DNA of 53,843 nucleotides from Gammaproteobacteria bacterium. GTDB taxonomy: Bacteria > Pseudomonadota > Gammaproteobacteria > Steroidobacterales > Steroidobacteraceae. Position numbers and translations under genes: made by a program. Numbering within the stretch: position 1 is the stretch's first letter; each line of letters starts with the position of its first letter. The DNA lies in contig DAIDKA010000237.1 in the NCBI GenBank assembly GCA_027451085.1, forward strand, positions 1 to 53,843, in the 5' to 3' direction. Below the pieces are notes generated by a model. That model saw only the letters and a list, made by a program, of their open reading frames with translations, was not told the DNA's origin and searched no databases. Shown one piece after another: positions 1 through 9,678 of the stretch.

Positions 1-999
1 CACTTCTTCACCATGGGCGCCAGCGCCAATGTCAACGCTTTCTTCGGCATCGCCACCATGATCATCGGTGTGCCCACGGGCGTGAAGATCTTCAACTGGC
101 TGTTCACCATGTTCCGTGGTGAAGTCCGCTTCAGCGTGCCGGTGCTGTGGACGCTCGGTTTCATCGGCACCTTCGCCATCGGCGGCCTCACCGGCGTGCT
201 GCTGGCGATCCCGCCGGCCGACTATGTGCTGCACAACAGCCTGTTCCTGATCGCCCACTTCCACAATGTCATCATCGGCGGCGTGGTCTTCGGCGTCATG
301 GCCGGCTTCAACTACTGGTTCCCCAAGGCTTTCGGCTTCCGTCTGCATGAGGGCCTGGGCAAGGCGGTGTTCTGGTGCTGGTTCTTCGGCTTCTACCTGG
401 CCTTCATGCCCCTGTACGCACTCGGCCTGATGGGCGCCACCCGCCGCATGCAGCACTATTCTGATCCGGCCTGGCAGCCGTACATGATCGCGGCGTTCTG
501 TGGCGCGGTATTGATCTTCGTCGGCATCAACCTGAACCTGGTGCAGGTCTTCTGGAGCATCTACAAGCGCAAAGAGCTGGCCTGCGGCCCCGATCCGTGG
601 AACGGCCGCACCCTGGAGTGGAGCACCTCCTCCCCGCCGCCGCCCTGGAACTTCGCCGTCGAGCCGACAGTGCACGGCATCGATGCCTTCTGGGAGATGA
701 AGAAGGCGGCGGTCAATCCTGGTGGCGGCAATCCCTACGAGGCACAGGTGAACGGTAGGCCCGCGTATGCCTCCATCCACATGCCCAAGTCCTCCAGTGT
801 CGGGTTCATCGCCGCATTCTTCTCCGCGCTGATGGGCTTCGCCCTGATCTGGCACATCTGGTGGATGGCGCTGCTGGGGGTCCTGGCCGGCATCGGCGTG
901 CTGGTGGTGCATGCCTGGAACATGGACCGCGACACCGACATTCCCGCCTCGGAGCTTGAAGCCTTCGATCGGGCCCATCCCGGATACGGAGCCAAGTAA
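1..999 (+). CDS. cyoB: Cytochrome o ubiquinol oxidase subunit I, C-terminal part (5' end lies outside the window)
   Basis: Frame 1 is open from base 1 ([37 protein letters not shown]...), with stop TAA at 997-999. [37 protein letters not shown] and [21 protein letters not shown] match the C-terminal half of E. coli CyoB as I recall it. It is followed by cyoC and cyoD. Confidence 0.95.
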   Translation, partial: HFFTMGASANVNAFFGIATMIIGVPTGVKIFNWLFTMFRGEVRFSVPVLWTLGFIGTFAIGGLTGVLLAIPPADYVLHNSLFLIAHFHNVIIGGVVFGVMAGFNYWFPKAFGFRLHEGLGKAVFWCWFFGFYLAFMPLYALGLMGATRRMQHYSDPAWQPYMIAAFCGAVLIFVGINLNLVQVFWSIYKRKELACGPDPWNGRTLEWSTSSPPPPWNFAVEPTVHGIDAFWEMKKAAVNPGGGNPYEAQVNGRPAYASIHMPKSSSVGFIAAFFSALMGFALIWHIWWMALLGVLAGIGVLVVHAWNMDRDTDIPASELEAFDRAHPGYGAK

Positions 1000-1638
1000 A
1001 TGAGCGGCGCCCATCACGCCACCGTGGATGCCCACGGTCATGCCATTCCGTTCAGCCAGCGTGGACCCGAGTCCATCGGGTCGATGATCAGCTTCGGCTT
1101 CTGGCTGTTCCTGCTCAGCGACATCGTGATCTTCTCGTCGCTGTTCGCGGCCTATGCGGTGCTCAACGGCCACACGGCCGGCGGACCCCACGGCTCGCAG
1201 ATCTTCGATCTCGGCGGAGTATTCAAAGAAACCAGCTGCCTGCTGCTCTCCAGCTTCACCTGCGGGCTGATGCTGATTGCGGCCGAGCGCAAGCAGATGA
1301 CCCGGTTCTACGGCTGGCTGGTCGTCACCTGGGTGCTGGGTGCGGCCTTCATCGGCTTCGAGGTCACGGAATTCCACGAGTTCGTGGTGAAGGGTTACGG
1401 TCCGACCCACAGCGCTTTCCTGACGGCGTTCTTCTCGCTGGTCGGCACCCACGGCTGCCATGTCACCAGCGGCCTCATCTGGCTGCTCGTCATGGCCGCC
1501 CAGGTTGCCACCCTCGGCATGAACCCGAAGGTACTGCGCCGTCTGTTCTGCTTCAGCCTGTTCTGGCACGCGCTCGACCTCGTCTGGATCGGCGTGTTCA
1601 CCATCGTTTATCTCGGTGCCTTCCATGTCCACGCATGA
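1000..1638 (+). CDS. cyoC: Cytochrome o ubiquinol oxidase subunit III
   Basis: The ATG at 1000 abuts the cyoB stop. It encodes a 212-aa multi-TM protein with a subunit-III-type C-terminus (FWHALDLVWIGVFTIVYL). It sits between cyoB and cyoD. Confidence 0.9.
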   Translation: MSGAHHATVDAHGHAIPFSQRGPESIGSMISFGFWLFLLSDIVIFSSLFAAYAVLNGHTAGGPHGSQIFDLGGVFKETSCLLLSSFTCGLMLIAAERKQMTRFYGWLVVTWVLGAAFIGFEVTEFHEFVVKGYGPTHSAFLTAFFSLVGTHGCHVTSGLIWLLVMAAQVATLGMNPKVLRRLFCFSLFWHALDLVWIGVFTIVYLGAFHVHA

Positions 1639-1996
1639 CTCGCACGCCCCTGCGGGCAACGATATCCACGACGCCAGCACCACCTATGGTTCATATATCT
1701 GGGGTCTGGGTCTCGCCATCATCCTGACGCTGGCGTCCTTCGCCTCGGTGGTGTTCCACTGGGTCTGGGGCCCCAGCGAGCCCATCCTGCTGGGCGTGCT
1801 CGCCATCGCCCAGATGGGCGTGCACCTGGTGTTCTTCATGCATGTGCATGCCGACGACGAGGGTGAGAACACTGTGCTCGCGCTCGGCTTCGGCGTCTTC
1901 GTCGTGGCCCTGGTGGTGTTCGGTTCGCTGATCATCATGCACAACCTCAGCTCGATCATGCCGACGATGGACCAGCTGATGCAGATGCAGCGGTAG
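1625..1996 (+). CDS. cyoD: Cytochrome o ubiquinol oxidase subunit IV
   Basis: ATG 1625 (MSTHDSH...; alternative GTG at 1616) overlaps the cyoC stop. It is a small three-TM protein with a CyoD-like core (VHLVFFMHV...DEGENT) at the expected operon position. Confidence 0.85.
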   Translation: MSTHDSHAPAGNDIHDASTTYGSYIWGLGLAIILTLASFASVVFHWVWGPSEPILLGVLAIAQMGVHLVFFMHVHADDEGENTVLALGFGVFVVALVVFGSLIIMHNLSSIMPTMDQLMQMQR

Positions 1997-2171
1997 CCCC
2001 CGCGCGCAGAACGGGAGAACACAGCTCGACCTGGCCCAGGTTGTCTGGAGTAATACGCGGCAGCTCAGAAGCTGAAGGGTGGCCCGCGTCAGCGGGCAGC
2101 AAGGCCCGGGCCCCCAGGGTAAGCGGATGGAGATTGCCCCCGGCGTGAGGCCCGGCAGTGGATGACCTGGA

Positions 2172-2978
2172 TCATGGCAGCGGCCACAGCGCCGTGAATT
2201 CACGGTGCAGCCCCGGCGCCGGGTCATCGCCGGATTCCAGCTGCGCCTTGCGGTAGCCGCTGCGTACACGCCGCACCGCCACGTTGCGTTGCGCCACGAT
2301 GAAGTCGATCCGCCAGTCTTTCACTGCCAGCTGCAGTCCGCCGTTGGCCGGTCTGATGCGTCGGTAGGGATGTGGCTGCGGCCCGAGTTTCAGGGTCGAG
2401 GCAATCCGTTCCTGCAGGTCATAGCTCAGGCGCGGCGCAATCCATGCCAGCTGCGCCTGCGCGAGCGGCTCGAACCGGATCTCCCAGGACTGCACCGGGT
2501 CCTGCGCTGCGGCGAGCCAGCCGCTGTGGGCCTGCGGGAAGGCATCGGTGTACGGCACGTACGGCTTGATGTCGAACACCGGCGTGCCGTCCAGCAGGTC
2601 CACGCCCTGGACATGTACGTCGAGGCCGTCCACACGCAGCAGCTTCAGGACCGACAGCCCGAGCGGATTGGGACGGTGTGGCGCGCGCGTCGAAAACACG
2701 CCCTTGCGGCCGGTGGCGCTGCGCGGCGGCAGCACCTTGGGCCGCCAGCCCGCATTGCGGTCGAACCAGAAGATCACCCAGATGCGCTCCCAGCCTTCCA
2801 GGTCCTCCAGCGCATGTTCGTAATGGTGGCCGGGCAGCAGCTCGATGACCCCCACGGCTTGCTGGCTGGCGGCCGGCTGGCGCGGCGCCTCGACCTTGGT
2901 GCCGAAGTGCGAGCGCAGGTGGCCGATGGGCGCCAGGGTCAGAGTGGGAGAGGGCGAGTCCGTTGAGGGCTGTGACAT
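2172..2978 (-). CDS. trmO: tRNA (N6-threonylcarbamoyladenosine(37)-N6)-methyltransferase TrmO (TsaA/YaeB family)
   Basis: I chose the internal ATG at 2978 (MSQPSTDS...) of the 597-aa ORF. The upstream part of that ORF is Arg/Pro-rich and overlaps the opposite-strand gene. IGHLRSHFGTKVEAPRQP, WVIFWFD and TRAPHRPNPLGLSVLKLLRVDGLDVHVQGVDLLDGTPVFDIKPYVPY are the YaeB/TsaA signature. Confidence 0.85.
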   Translation of the reverse strand: MSQPSTDSPSPTLTLAPIGHLRSHFGTKVEAPRQPAASQQAVGVIELLPGHHYEHALEDLEGWERIWVIFWFDRNAGWRPKVLPPRSATGRKGVFSTRAPHRPNPLGLSVLKLLRVDGLDVHVQGVDLLDGTPVFDIKPYVPYTDAFPQAHSGWLAAAQDPVQSWEIRFEPLAQAQLAWIAPRLSYDLQERIASTLKLGPQPHPYRRIRPANGGLQLAVKDWRIDFIVAQRNVAVRRVRSGYRKAQLESGDDPAPGLHREFTALWPLP

Positions 2979-3017
2979 CCCGAGGTTTTTACGCCATGGC
3001 TTCACCACAGGTAAAGT

Positions 3018-3587
3018 ATGGCCATGAGCCATTCGCCCAAGGATCCGGCGGCGCCGAAAGCCTCGAGCAAGCCTTGCACCGGCTGCGACGGTCCGCGTCT
3101 GAGCGGCTGCGACATCACCCAGTGCGAGGGCATGTGCTGCTACGACGGTGTCTACCTTGAACCGCAGGAGGAGGATTTCCTGCGTGAACTGGTCGCCACG
3201 GTCCCTGAGCTGCGGGAGGGTCTGCCCGAGGAGTTCATCGTCGATGGCTACTGGGATGGGGAGCATCTGGGACGCAAGACCGCTGTGCGGCCCGAGCATT
3301 ACCGCAATCCGGACTTCCCTGCATATTTCACCCGCACGCGTTGCGTCTTCGGAGACTCTCAAGGCTACTGCCGCCTGGAGTCCTTTGCCCGTGCCCGTGA
3401 CCAGCATCCCTGGACCTTCAAGCCGGCCGTGTGCTGGATGTTTCCCCTGCATGACAGCGAGGACGGCCGGCCTGAACCACCGCCGCTCAGTCCGGCGGAT
3501 GATCCCTGGCGCACCGAGAACTACCCGGGCCACACCACCTCTACGCATTGCGGCCGCCATCGGCAGAATGGCAAGCCCTGGCGCTAA
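3018..3587 (+). CDS. Cysteine-rich protein, DUF3109-like (putative metal/Fe-S binding); possibly truncated by an in-frame TAA (see findings)
   Basis: The 189-aa ORF is divergent from trmO and has high third-position GC. Its Cys cluster CTGCDGPRLSGCDITQCEGMCCYDGVYLEPQEE resembles the C-x-G-x-CC-x-x-G...L..E N-terminus that I associate with DUF3109. Further Cys residues follow (CVF, YCRL, VCW, HCG). Confidence 0.6.
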   Translation: MAMSHSPKDPAAPKASSKPCTGCDGPRLSGCDITQCEGMCCYDGVYLEPQEEDFLRELVATVPELREGLPEEFIVDGYWDGEHLGRKTAVRPEHYRNPDFPAYFTRTRCVFGDSQGYCRLESFARARDQHPWTFKPAVCWMFPLHDSEDGRPEPPPLSPADDPWRTENYPGHTTSTHCGRHRQNGKPWR

Positions 3588-3753
3588 GCCCTGGCGGACG
3601 AGATCGAATACCTGAAACAGGCGAAGTCGCTGCCCATCCTGGGATCGCCGGGGCATACGGTCGACGAACTGTTGAGGCCGAAGCCCAAGCCCTGAGGCAG
3701 GCGAGGATCCGCAGCGGGCTGCCAGCAGGTCTGTGTTCCTTGGAGGATGTTTC

Positions 3754-4470
3754 ATGTCACCCAAAGCAGATGTTCCTGCCGTTGCCACGATCCTGCTCAT
3801 CGGCGCTTCGCGTGGCCTGGGCCTCGCCATGGCGGCGCAGTTCCTCAAGAAGGGCTGGAATGTCACCGGTACCGTGCGGGCGGGCTCAGGCCGAACCGGG
3901 CTGCATGACCTCGCAGACCAATACCCGGGACGCGTCGGGATCGGGACACTGGACATCACCGACACGGCCCAGATTGCAGCGCTGCGGCAGCGCCTTGCCG
4001 GCAGCAGCTTTCAGATGCTGTTCGTGAACGCGGGTGTCACCAACAAGGAAACCGACACCATCGGCAACGTGACGACCGATGAGTTCGTCCGGGTCATGAT
4101 CACGAATGCCCTGAGCCCCATGCGCGTGGTCGAGTCATTGCAGGACCTGGTCACTGCCGATGGCTTGATTGGAATCATGTCCTCCGGTCAGGGCAGCATC
4201 GCCAATAATGAGACCGGCATGCGCGAGGTCTATCGCGGCAGCAAGTCCGCCCTCAACCAGTTCATGCGCAGTTACGCCGCCCGCAATTCCGGCTCCGCGC
4301 GAGCGCTGGTGCTGATGGCGCCCGGCTGGGTGCGCACGGACATGGGCGGTCCCGATGCGCGCCTGACCATCGAAGAGAGCATCCCGGCCCTCGTGGATAT
4401 CCTGTTCGCCAAGCGCAGCAGACCGGGCCTCGAATACCTCGATTATCTCGGCCGGACTGTTCCCTGGTAG
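3754..4470 (+). CDS. SDR family oxidoreductase
   Basis: ATG 3754 follows GGAGGA by 7 nt; the track ORF starts earlier, at 3733. It has the Rossmann motif IGASRGLG, the NAG motif (FVNAGV) and the catalytic YRGSK. Confidence 0.85.
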   Translation: MSPKADVPAVATILLIGASRGLGLAMAAQFLKKGWNVTGTVRAGSGRTGLHDLADQYPGRVGIGTLDITDTAQIAALRQRLAGSSFQMLFVNAGVTNKETDTIGNVTTDEFVRVMITNALSPMRVVESLQDLVTADGLIGIMSSGQGSIANNETGMREVYRGSKSALNQFMRSYAARNSGSARALVLMAPGWVRTDMGGPDARLTIEESIPALVDILFAKRSRPGLEYLDYLGRTVPW

Positions 4471-4504
4471 GGATCGAGACCTGACGCTCGTTGGTGCAGG
4501 CCGC

Positions 4505-6592
4505 TCACCGTACCGGTGAGCCCGCCGCCTGCGCCGCCTTGGCCTGGTTGGCGCGCTCGACCAGGTATGCTCGTATGCTTTCCAGCTGTGCCGGTGTGAC
4601 CTTGCCCTTGAAGGACGCCATGCCACCCGCCTGCATCACCCCGTCGAGCACGATGGAACGTATGACCTCCGGGGTGTTGATGGCAGGGGAGTAGCGCAGG
4701 TCCGGGAACATGTCGCGGTTGGCGTAGGACGTGTCGTGGCACACTGCGCAGTGGCTCTGGAACTGGTCCTGGCCTGCGGCGATCACCTGCTTCGATGCCG
4801 TGGATGGCGGAGGGTTCAGCACGCGCGGTGGCGGTGGAGGCGGTGCTGGTGGCAGGCTGGCGGTGCCGTTCAGCTTGAACACCAGCAGCCGCGACTGATT
4901 GCTCATGCCGAAGGGCACAAGGCCGTAGCCGGCTTCCACCGCGATATATTCCTCACCGCCGGTTTCATATGCGGCCGCCGCGGCCACCACGCCGGTCTGG
5001 GCCTCGAAGGACCACAGCTGCCGGCCGCTGTCGGCGCGGTAGGCGACAAAGCGTCCCTTGTTCGTTCCCTGAAACACCAGCCCGCCCGCGGTGGACAGCG
5101 TGCCCCCGCCGATGGTGCCCAGTGGCGGGGTTTGCCACGCCTCCTGCTGCTTGACCGGGTCCCAGGCGACGAGCCGCGAAATCGCCGTACGCGGCGCCTT
5201 GGACTTCAGGTCATCGTAGAGGCTCGCAGGCACCGGGAAGGCAAGACCTGTGATCGACGACATGGGCCTGGGGTGGAAACTGTCCGCGCTCTGCACTCCC
5301 ATGCTGGTGCTGATGGCCGAGAAGTACACCAGCCCGGTCTGCGGGTCGTAAGAGGCCGGATGCCAGGAGTGCGCACCCTGCCCGCCCGGCTCCACGATGG
5401 TGGCCTTGCCGGTGATGTCATAGCGGTCGGCGGGATTAATCTCGGGTCGGCCCGTGACAGGATCGATGCCCTTGGTCCAGCTGGTGGGCACGAAGTTCTT
5501 CGCCGATACCATCTTTCCGGTCCTGGCATCCAGCACGTAGAAAATCCCGTTCTTCGACGCCTGCATCACCACGCGGCGTGGCTTGCCGGCGATATTGAGC
5601 GTTGCCACGATCAAGGGTGAGGTGGCGTCGTAGTCCCATTCCTCGCCTGGCGTCTGCTGGTAATGCCAGACATACCTGCCGGTGTCAGGGTTCACGGCGA
5701 TGATCGAGGCCACAAAGAGGTTGTCGCCGCCGCCGCTGCCGCGATACTTGCGGTTCCAGGGCGAGCCGTTGCCGGTGCCGAAGTACAGCAGATTGAGCGT
5801 GGGGTCATACACCATGCCGTCCCACACGGTGCCACCGCCACCATACTTCCACCACTGGCCGCTCCAGGTGCTGGCGGCGAGTTTCATCTGCGGGGTCTCG
5901 AAGCCCTTGGCGGGATTGCCCGGCACGGTATGAAAACGCCACAGCCGCTTGCCGGTGTGCGCATCGAACGCCGATATATATCCGCGCACCCCGAACTCAC
6001 CACCGGCGTTGCCGATGATCACCTTGCCGTTGATGATCCGCGGCGCGCCGGTGCTGGTCACCGGCATGCCATGATCCAGAGTGAGGGTCTTCCAGACCAC
6101 GGCGCCGGTTTTCGCGTCGAGCGCCACCAGCCAGCCGTCGTAAGTGCCCACATAGATCCTTCCCTGCCACGCGGCGACACCGCGGTTGACCACATCGCAG
6201 CAGCCGCGGCCGGCGAATTCCCCCGGCACCTTGGGGTCATAGGTCCATAGCCGCCGGCCGGTCGCGGCGTCGAAGGCTTCGACCTTGCTCCAGGCCGTGG
6301 ACAGGTATATGACGCCGTCGACGACCAGCGGGGTGGCCTCCTGGCCGCGGTTGGTGTCGAAGTCGGCGTACCAGGCGAGCCGCAGCCGGTCCACGTTGTC
6401 GGTGTTGATGGAGGTCAGCGGGCTGAAGCGCTGCTCCTCGTAGTTGCGTCCGACGGTGAACCACTGGCCGGGTTCTGCATCGGCGCTGCTCACGCGGGCC
6501 GCGGTGACGGCGGCGGCAGAATCACCGGCCTGTGCCGTGGAACCCGCCGCCAGAGCGAGCGCCGCGCCCAGAATCCATGCACAATTCGTCAT
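4505..6592 (-). CDS. Quinohemoprotein (PQQ + heme c) alcohol dehydrogenase, type II-like
   Basis: ATG 6592 (MTNCAWILGAALALAAGSTAQA signal peptide) is preceded by GAGGGGGGG. The protein has PQQ propeller W-motif repeats, the vicinal Cys pair GRGCCDVVNRG typical of PQQ ADH/MDH, and a C-terminal cytochrome c domain with CAVCH. Length is 695 aa. Confidence 0.9.
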   Translation of the reverse strand: MTNCAWILGAALALAAGSTAQAGDSAAAVTAARVSSADAEPGQWFTVGRNYEEQRFSPLTSINTDNVDRLRLAWYADFDTNRGQEATPLVVDGVIYLSTAWSKVEAFDAATGRRLWTYDPKVPGEFAGRGCCDVVNRGVAAWQGRIYVGTYDGWLVALDAKTGAVVWKTLTLDHGMPVTSTGAPRIINGKVIIGNAGGEFGVRGYISAFDAHTGKRLWRFHTVPGNPAKGFETPQMKLAASTWSGQWWKYGGGGTVWDGMVYDPTLNLLYFGTGNGSPWNRKYRGSGGGDNLFVASIIAVNPDTGRYVWHYQQTPGEEWDYDATSPLIVATLNIAGKPRRVVMQASKNGIFYVLDARTGKMVSAKNFVPTSWTKGIDPVTGRPEINPADRYDITGKATIVEPGGQGAHSWHPASYDPQTGLVYFSAISTSMGVQSADSFHPRPMSSITGLAFPVPASLYDDLKSKAPRTAISRLVAWDPVKQQEAWQTPPLGTIGGGTLSTAGGLVFQGTNKGRFVAYRADSGRQLWSFEAQTGVVAAAAAYETGGEEYIAVEAGYGLVPFGMSNQSRLLVFKLNGTASLPPAPPPPPPRVLNPPPSTASKQVIAAGQDQFQSHCAVCHDTSYANRDMFPDLRYSPAINTPEVIRSIVLDGVMQAGGMASFKGKVTPAQLESIRAYLVERANQAKAAQAAGSPVR

Positions 6593-6703
6593 GAGCCCCC
6601 CCCTCACAGTTGGTGGAAACTGTAGGCTTGCGTCGTTGCTGTGGCAACGCCAGACTCGTGGCAGGAAGTGCGGCAGGGGGCCGCCAAACAACCGGAGAGC
6701 GCC

Positions 6704-7579
6704 ATGTGCGATCAAGACACCTTTGAAGACATGATCCAGTACCAGCGCCAATCCTCAGCGCTGTCCCGCCGCCAGTTCGGCAGCCTTGCCGCCGGCGCCG
6801 GTCTGCTGTCGCTGCTGCCGGTGGCCAATGCGGCCGAGACCGAAGGTCACGATGTCGAGATCAAGACCCCGGATGGCACCGCGGACGCGTACTTCGTGCA
6901 CCCGGCCACGGGCAGGCATCCCGCCGTGCTGATGTGGCCGGATATCTTCGGCCTGCGCCCCACGTTCAAGCAGATGGCCACGCGCCTGGCGCAGTCCGGC
7001 TATTGCGTGCTGGTGGTGAATCCCTTCTACCGGCTGAAGAAAGCACCGACCTCGCCCGAGCATGCGGACTTCAGCAATCCGGACGTCGCCAAGATGCTGA
7101 CATCCGAGATGAACTCGCTGACGCCTGCCACCGTGGCGATGGACGGCAAGGCCTTCCTGGCCTGGCTCGGCAGGCAACCCTCGGTGGATGACAAGAAGAA
7201 GTGGGGCGTGACCGGTTACTGCATGGGCGGGCCGTTCACGATCCGCGTGGCCGCGCAGTTCCCGGACCGCATCGGCGCCCTGGCTTCCTTCCACGGCGCC
7301 TTCCTCGTGACTGATCAGCCGGACAGTCCGCACCTGCTGGTGGCGAAGACCCACGCCGCGGCGCTGATCGCCATCGCGGGTAGTGACGACCAGAAGCAGC
7401 CCGACGCCAAGGACAAACTCGAAGCCGCCTACACCCAGGCGGGTCTGCCGCACACCGTCAAGGTGTACCAGGGCGCCATGCATGGCTGGTGTCCGACCGA
7501 TTCCCGGGTCTACAACCACGACCTGGCGGAAGACGCCTGGGCGCGGCAGCTGGAACTGTTCAGGAAGGCGTTGGTCTGA
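6704..7579 (+). CDS. Dienelactone hydrolase family protein with a Tat-type signal
   Basis: I chose ATG 6704 (MCDQD...). The signal SRRQFGSLAAGAGLLSLLPVANA is twin-arginine type. The alpha/beta hydrolase has a DLH-like nucleophile elbow GYCMGG and a C-terminal GAMHGW. Confidence 0.8.
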   Translation: MCDQDTFEDMIQYQRQSSALSRRQFGSLAAGAGLLSLLPVANAAETEGHDVEIKTPDGTADAYFVHPATGRHPAVLMWPDIFGLRPTFKQMATRLAQSGYCVLVVNPFYRLKKAPTSPEHADFSNPDVAKMLTSEMNSLTPATVAMDGKAFLAWLGRQPSVDDKKKWGVTGYCMGGPFTIRVAAQFPDRIGALASFHGAFLVTDQPDSPHLLVAKTHAAALIAIAGSDDQKQPDAKDKLEAAYTQAGLPHTVKVYQGAMHGWCPTDSRVYNHDLAEDAWARQLELFRKALV

Positions 7580-7637
7580 CGGGCAGACGGCTGGAGCAGG
7601 CCCGTCCGGACCTGCCTCGGCTGCCAGCCTGACAAGG

Positions 7638-7663
7638 AGGCGGGCCCGGGGCGGGGCCCGCCT
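7638..7663. terminator. GC-rich hairpin between convergent genes (candidate bidirectional terminator)
   Basis: AGGCGGGCC (7638-7646) pairs perfectly with GGCCCGCCT (7655-7663), a 9-bp stem with an 8-nt loop. It lies between the DLH stop and the glsB stop. There is no clear U-tract. Confidence 0.4.
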
Positions 7664-7703
7664 GAAACAGCTGGAGGCCGGTTTTGTTCCTGGAACGAGG
7701 ACT

Positions 7704-7958
7704 TCAGCCCTTCTTGCCGAAGAGTGCGTGGTAGATCAGCAGCACGATGACGGCTCCCACCACGGCTACCACCAGGCTGTAGATGTTCAGGCCCGTGACG
7801 CCATGTGCGCCGAAGAAGCTGAACAGCCAGCCGCCGACGACCGCGCCGATCACGCCCAGGATGATGTCGAGGAACAAGCCCTCGCCGCGCTTGTTGACGA
7901 TCTTGCTGCCGATGAAGCCTGCGACCAGCCCCAGGACGATCCATGCGATGAATCCCAT
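7704..7958 (-). CDS. GlsB/YeaQ/YmgE family stress-response membrane protein
   Basis: The 84-aa product MGFIAWIVLGLVAGFIGSKIV...GLFLDIILGVIGAVVGGWLF is the classic transglycosylase-associated (GlsB/YeaQ) pattern. Confidence 0.9.
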   Translation of the reverse strand: MGFIAWIVLGLVAGFIGSKIVNKRGEGLFLDIILGVIGAVVGGWLFSFFGAHGVTGLNIYSLVVAVVGAVIVLLIYHALFGKKG

Positions 7959-8220
7959 GTCTGCTCCTTACTGATTGCCAATTGAACCTGAAGAATCACT
8001 GCGCCGCGCTCGAACCGGCGCACCCGCCGCGTGCCGGTGCCGTGGGTGAGGTCCTGGGCACCACTGTGATGAGGTCGCGGCTGACGCATACTACCTGCTT
8101 TACGTGGCGTTGCCCTGATCAGCACGGGATCCGGCGCAGCTACGCAATATAATCACCGGCGCGGCTGCTGGCTGGGCCGGGTGTTTCAGTCGCATTGCAG
8201 CAAAACAGTGAGGCAGGGCG

Positions 8221-8973
8221 ATGACGGGACGTTTGCAGGACGATGTGGCCCTGGTGACGGGTGCAGGCGATGGCATCGGCCGCGCGATTGCGTTGCGCTA
8301 TGCCGAGGAGGGCGCCCGTGTGGCGGTCGCGGAAATCAATGGACCGAAGGGTCGCGCAACAGTCGAGCAGATCGTCGCGGCCGGAGGCAAAGGGCTGCTG
8401 ATCGAAGCCGATGTCCGGCGCTCCAGTGAGCACTCCCGCCTGATCGATCGAGTCCTCACCCAGTGGGGCCGCCTTGACGTCGCCTGCAACAACGCCGGCA
8501 TCAGCGGCGCCATGGTGCCGTCCGGCGTGATGACCGATACGCAATGGCAGGAGGTCATCGATCTCAATCTCACCGGCGTGTTCTACGGTGTGCGCGCCCA
8601 AGTCAATGCCATGCTGCAGTCGGGCGGCGGTGCGATCGTCAACATCGCCTCGATCCTGGGCGCGGCCGGCTTCGAGACCACGGCGGCCTACACGGCGGCC
8701 AAGCACGGTGTCGTCGGACTGACCAAGACCGTGGCGCTGGAGTACGGTCCGCAGGGCGTGCGGGTCAATGCAGTGGGTCCGACCTTCACCCATACCAGCT
8801 GGATCGATGCCTTGCCGGCTGACGCTCAGAAGGTCCTCGTCGCACGCCACCCCCTGCGCCGTTTCGGCAAGGTGGAGGAAGTCGCGGCCCTCGTGGCATT
8901 TCTGTCGAGCACCGAAGCGGCCTACATCACAGGCGCCTACTATCCGATAGATGGTGGATATCTGGCGCAGTGA
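8221..8973 (+). CDS. SDR family oxidoreductase (FabG-like)
   Basis: Motifs are TGAGDGIGRA, NNAGI and the catalytic S...YTAAKHGV. The C-terminus ITGAYYPIDGGY is typical of classical SDRs. Confidence 0.85.
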   Translation: MTGRLQDDVALVTGAGDGIGRAIALRYAEEGARVAVAEINGPKGRATVEQIVAAGGKGLLIEADVRRSSEHSRLIDRVLTQWGRLDVACNNAGISGAMVPSGVMTDTQWQEVIDLNLTGVFYGVRAQVNAMLQSGGGAIVNIASILGAAGFETTAAYTAAKHGVVGLTKTVALEYGPQGVRVNAVGPTFTHTSWIDALPADAQKVLVARHPLRRFGKVEEVAALVAFLSSTEAAYITGAYYPIDGGYLAQ

Positions 8974-9015
8974 AGCGGTGACGCGGCGCGTGCGACGCAG
9001 TCCGGCACAGGCCGC

Positions 9016-9672
9016 TCAAGGCGTACAAGGCGATGACAGGTCCTTGCTCGTGTATCCACCCTTGCCGTCCGACAGTCCCAGCTCCGTGGCCAGCGCGTCA
9101 TTCGCGTCGGTGTAGCACCTGGTGGTGCGGAAGTGATTTTCCAGCTGGAAAACTTCCGGAGGATTGTCGTCTGTGCCGGGCGGTGACTCCAGTTTGAACA
9201 GCTCCAGCGTCACCGGTCTGGAATCGGTGAAGGTTCTATCGGTGTCGCGTATGGCCACCACGACATACGAGGTGCGCTGCTTCGTGTTCATCAGCAGCCG
9301 GACGCTCATCAGCTGATGGTCCCCACCCTGTTCGGTGAAGACGTTGGGAGAATGGGTCCTGGGATAGGGCAGCTTCGGATCCGGGGCTGATCCGGGCTCG
9401 AAAAACACCGTGCGGAACTGGGAATCGACAAAGGTGTACGTCCGGCTGTCGTGCGCCGTACGGATGTCGTTGTCCTGGCCGAACACATGATAGATCGAGC
9501 CGTCGAATGCCAGATCGAGCGGCTTCCATCCCAGGGAGAGCCGCACCTCCATGTCCGGGTCCACGCTGAACCGGCCATGCCCCGCCTGGGGGTTCGCCGC
9601 ACCCGCTGCTGTCGCCAGGGCCAGGAGCCCTGCGCCGAGAGCTCCCAGGAAAAAGTCGCCACGCGTACTCAT
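9016..9672 (-). CDS. Secreted hypothetical protein (signal peptide, no recognisable family)
   Basis: The ATG at 9672 lies 6 nt after the permease stop (TAG 9679-9681). The N-terminus FFLGALGAGLLALATAAGAANP looks like a Sec signal. Codon bias matches the neighbours, and there are two Cys near the C-terminus. Confidence 0.6.
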   Translation of the reverse strand: MSTRGDFFLGALGAGLLALATAAGAANPQAGHGRFSVDPDMEVRLSLGWKPLDLAFDGSIYHVFGQDNDIRTAHDSRTYTFVDSQFRTVFFEPGSAPDPKLPYPRTHSPNVFTEQGGDHQLMSVRLLMNTKQRTSYVVVAIRDTDRTFTDSRPVTLELFKLESPPGTDDNPPEVFQLENHFRTTRCYTDANDALATELGLSDGKGGYTSKDLSSPCTP

Positions 9673-9678
9673 CTGAGC

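Noticed and set aside
2979-3965. N-terminal 329 codons of the 597-aa minus-strand ORF
   Set aside because: The stretch is Arg/Pro/Ala-rich and overlaps the plus-strand Cys-rich and SDR genes. TrmO homology starts at the internal ATG at 2978.
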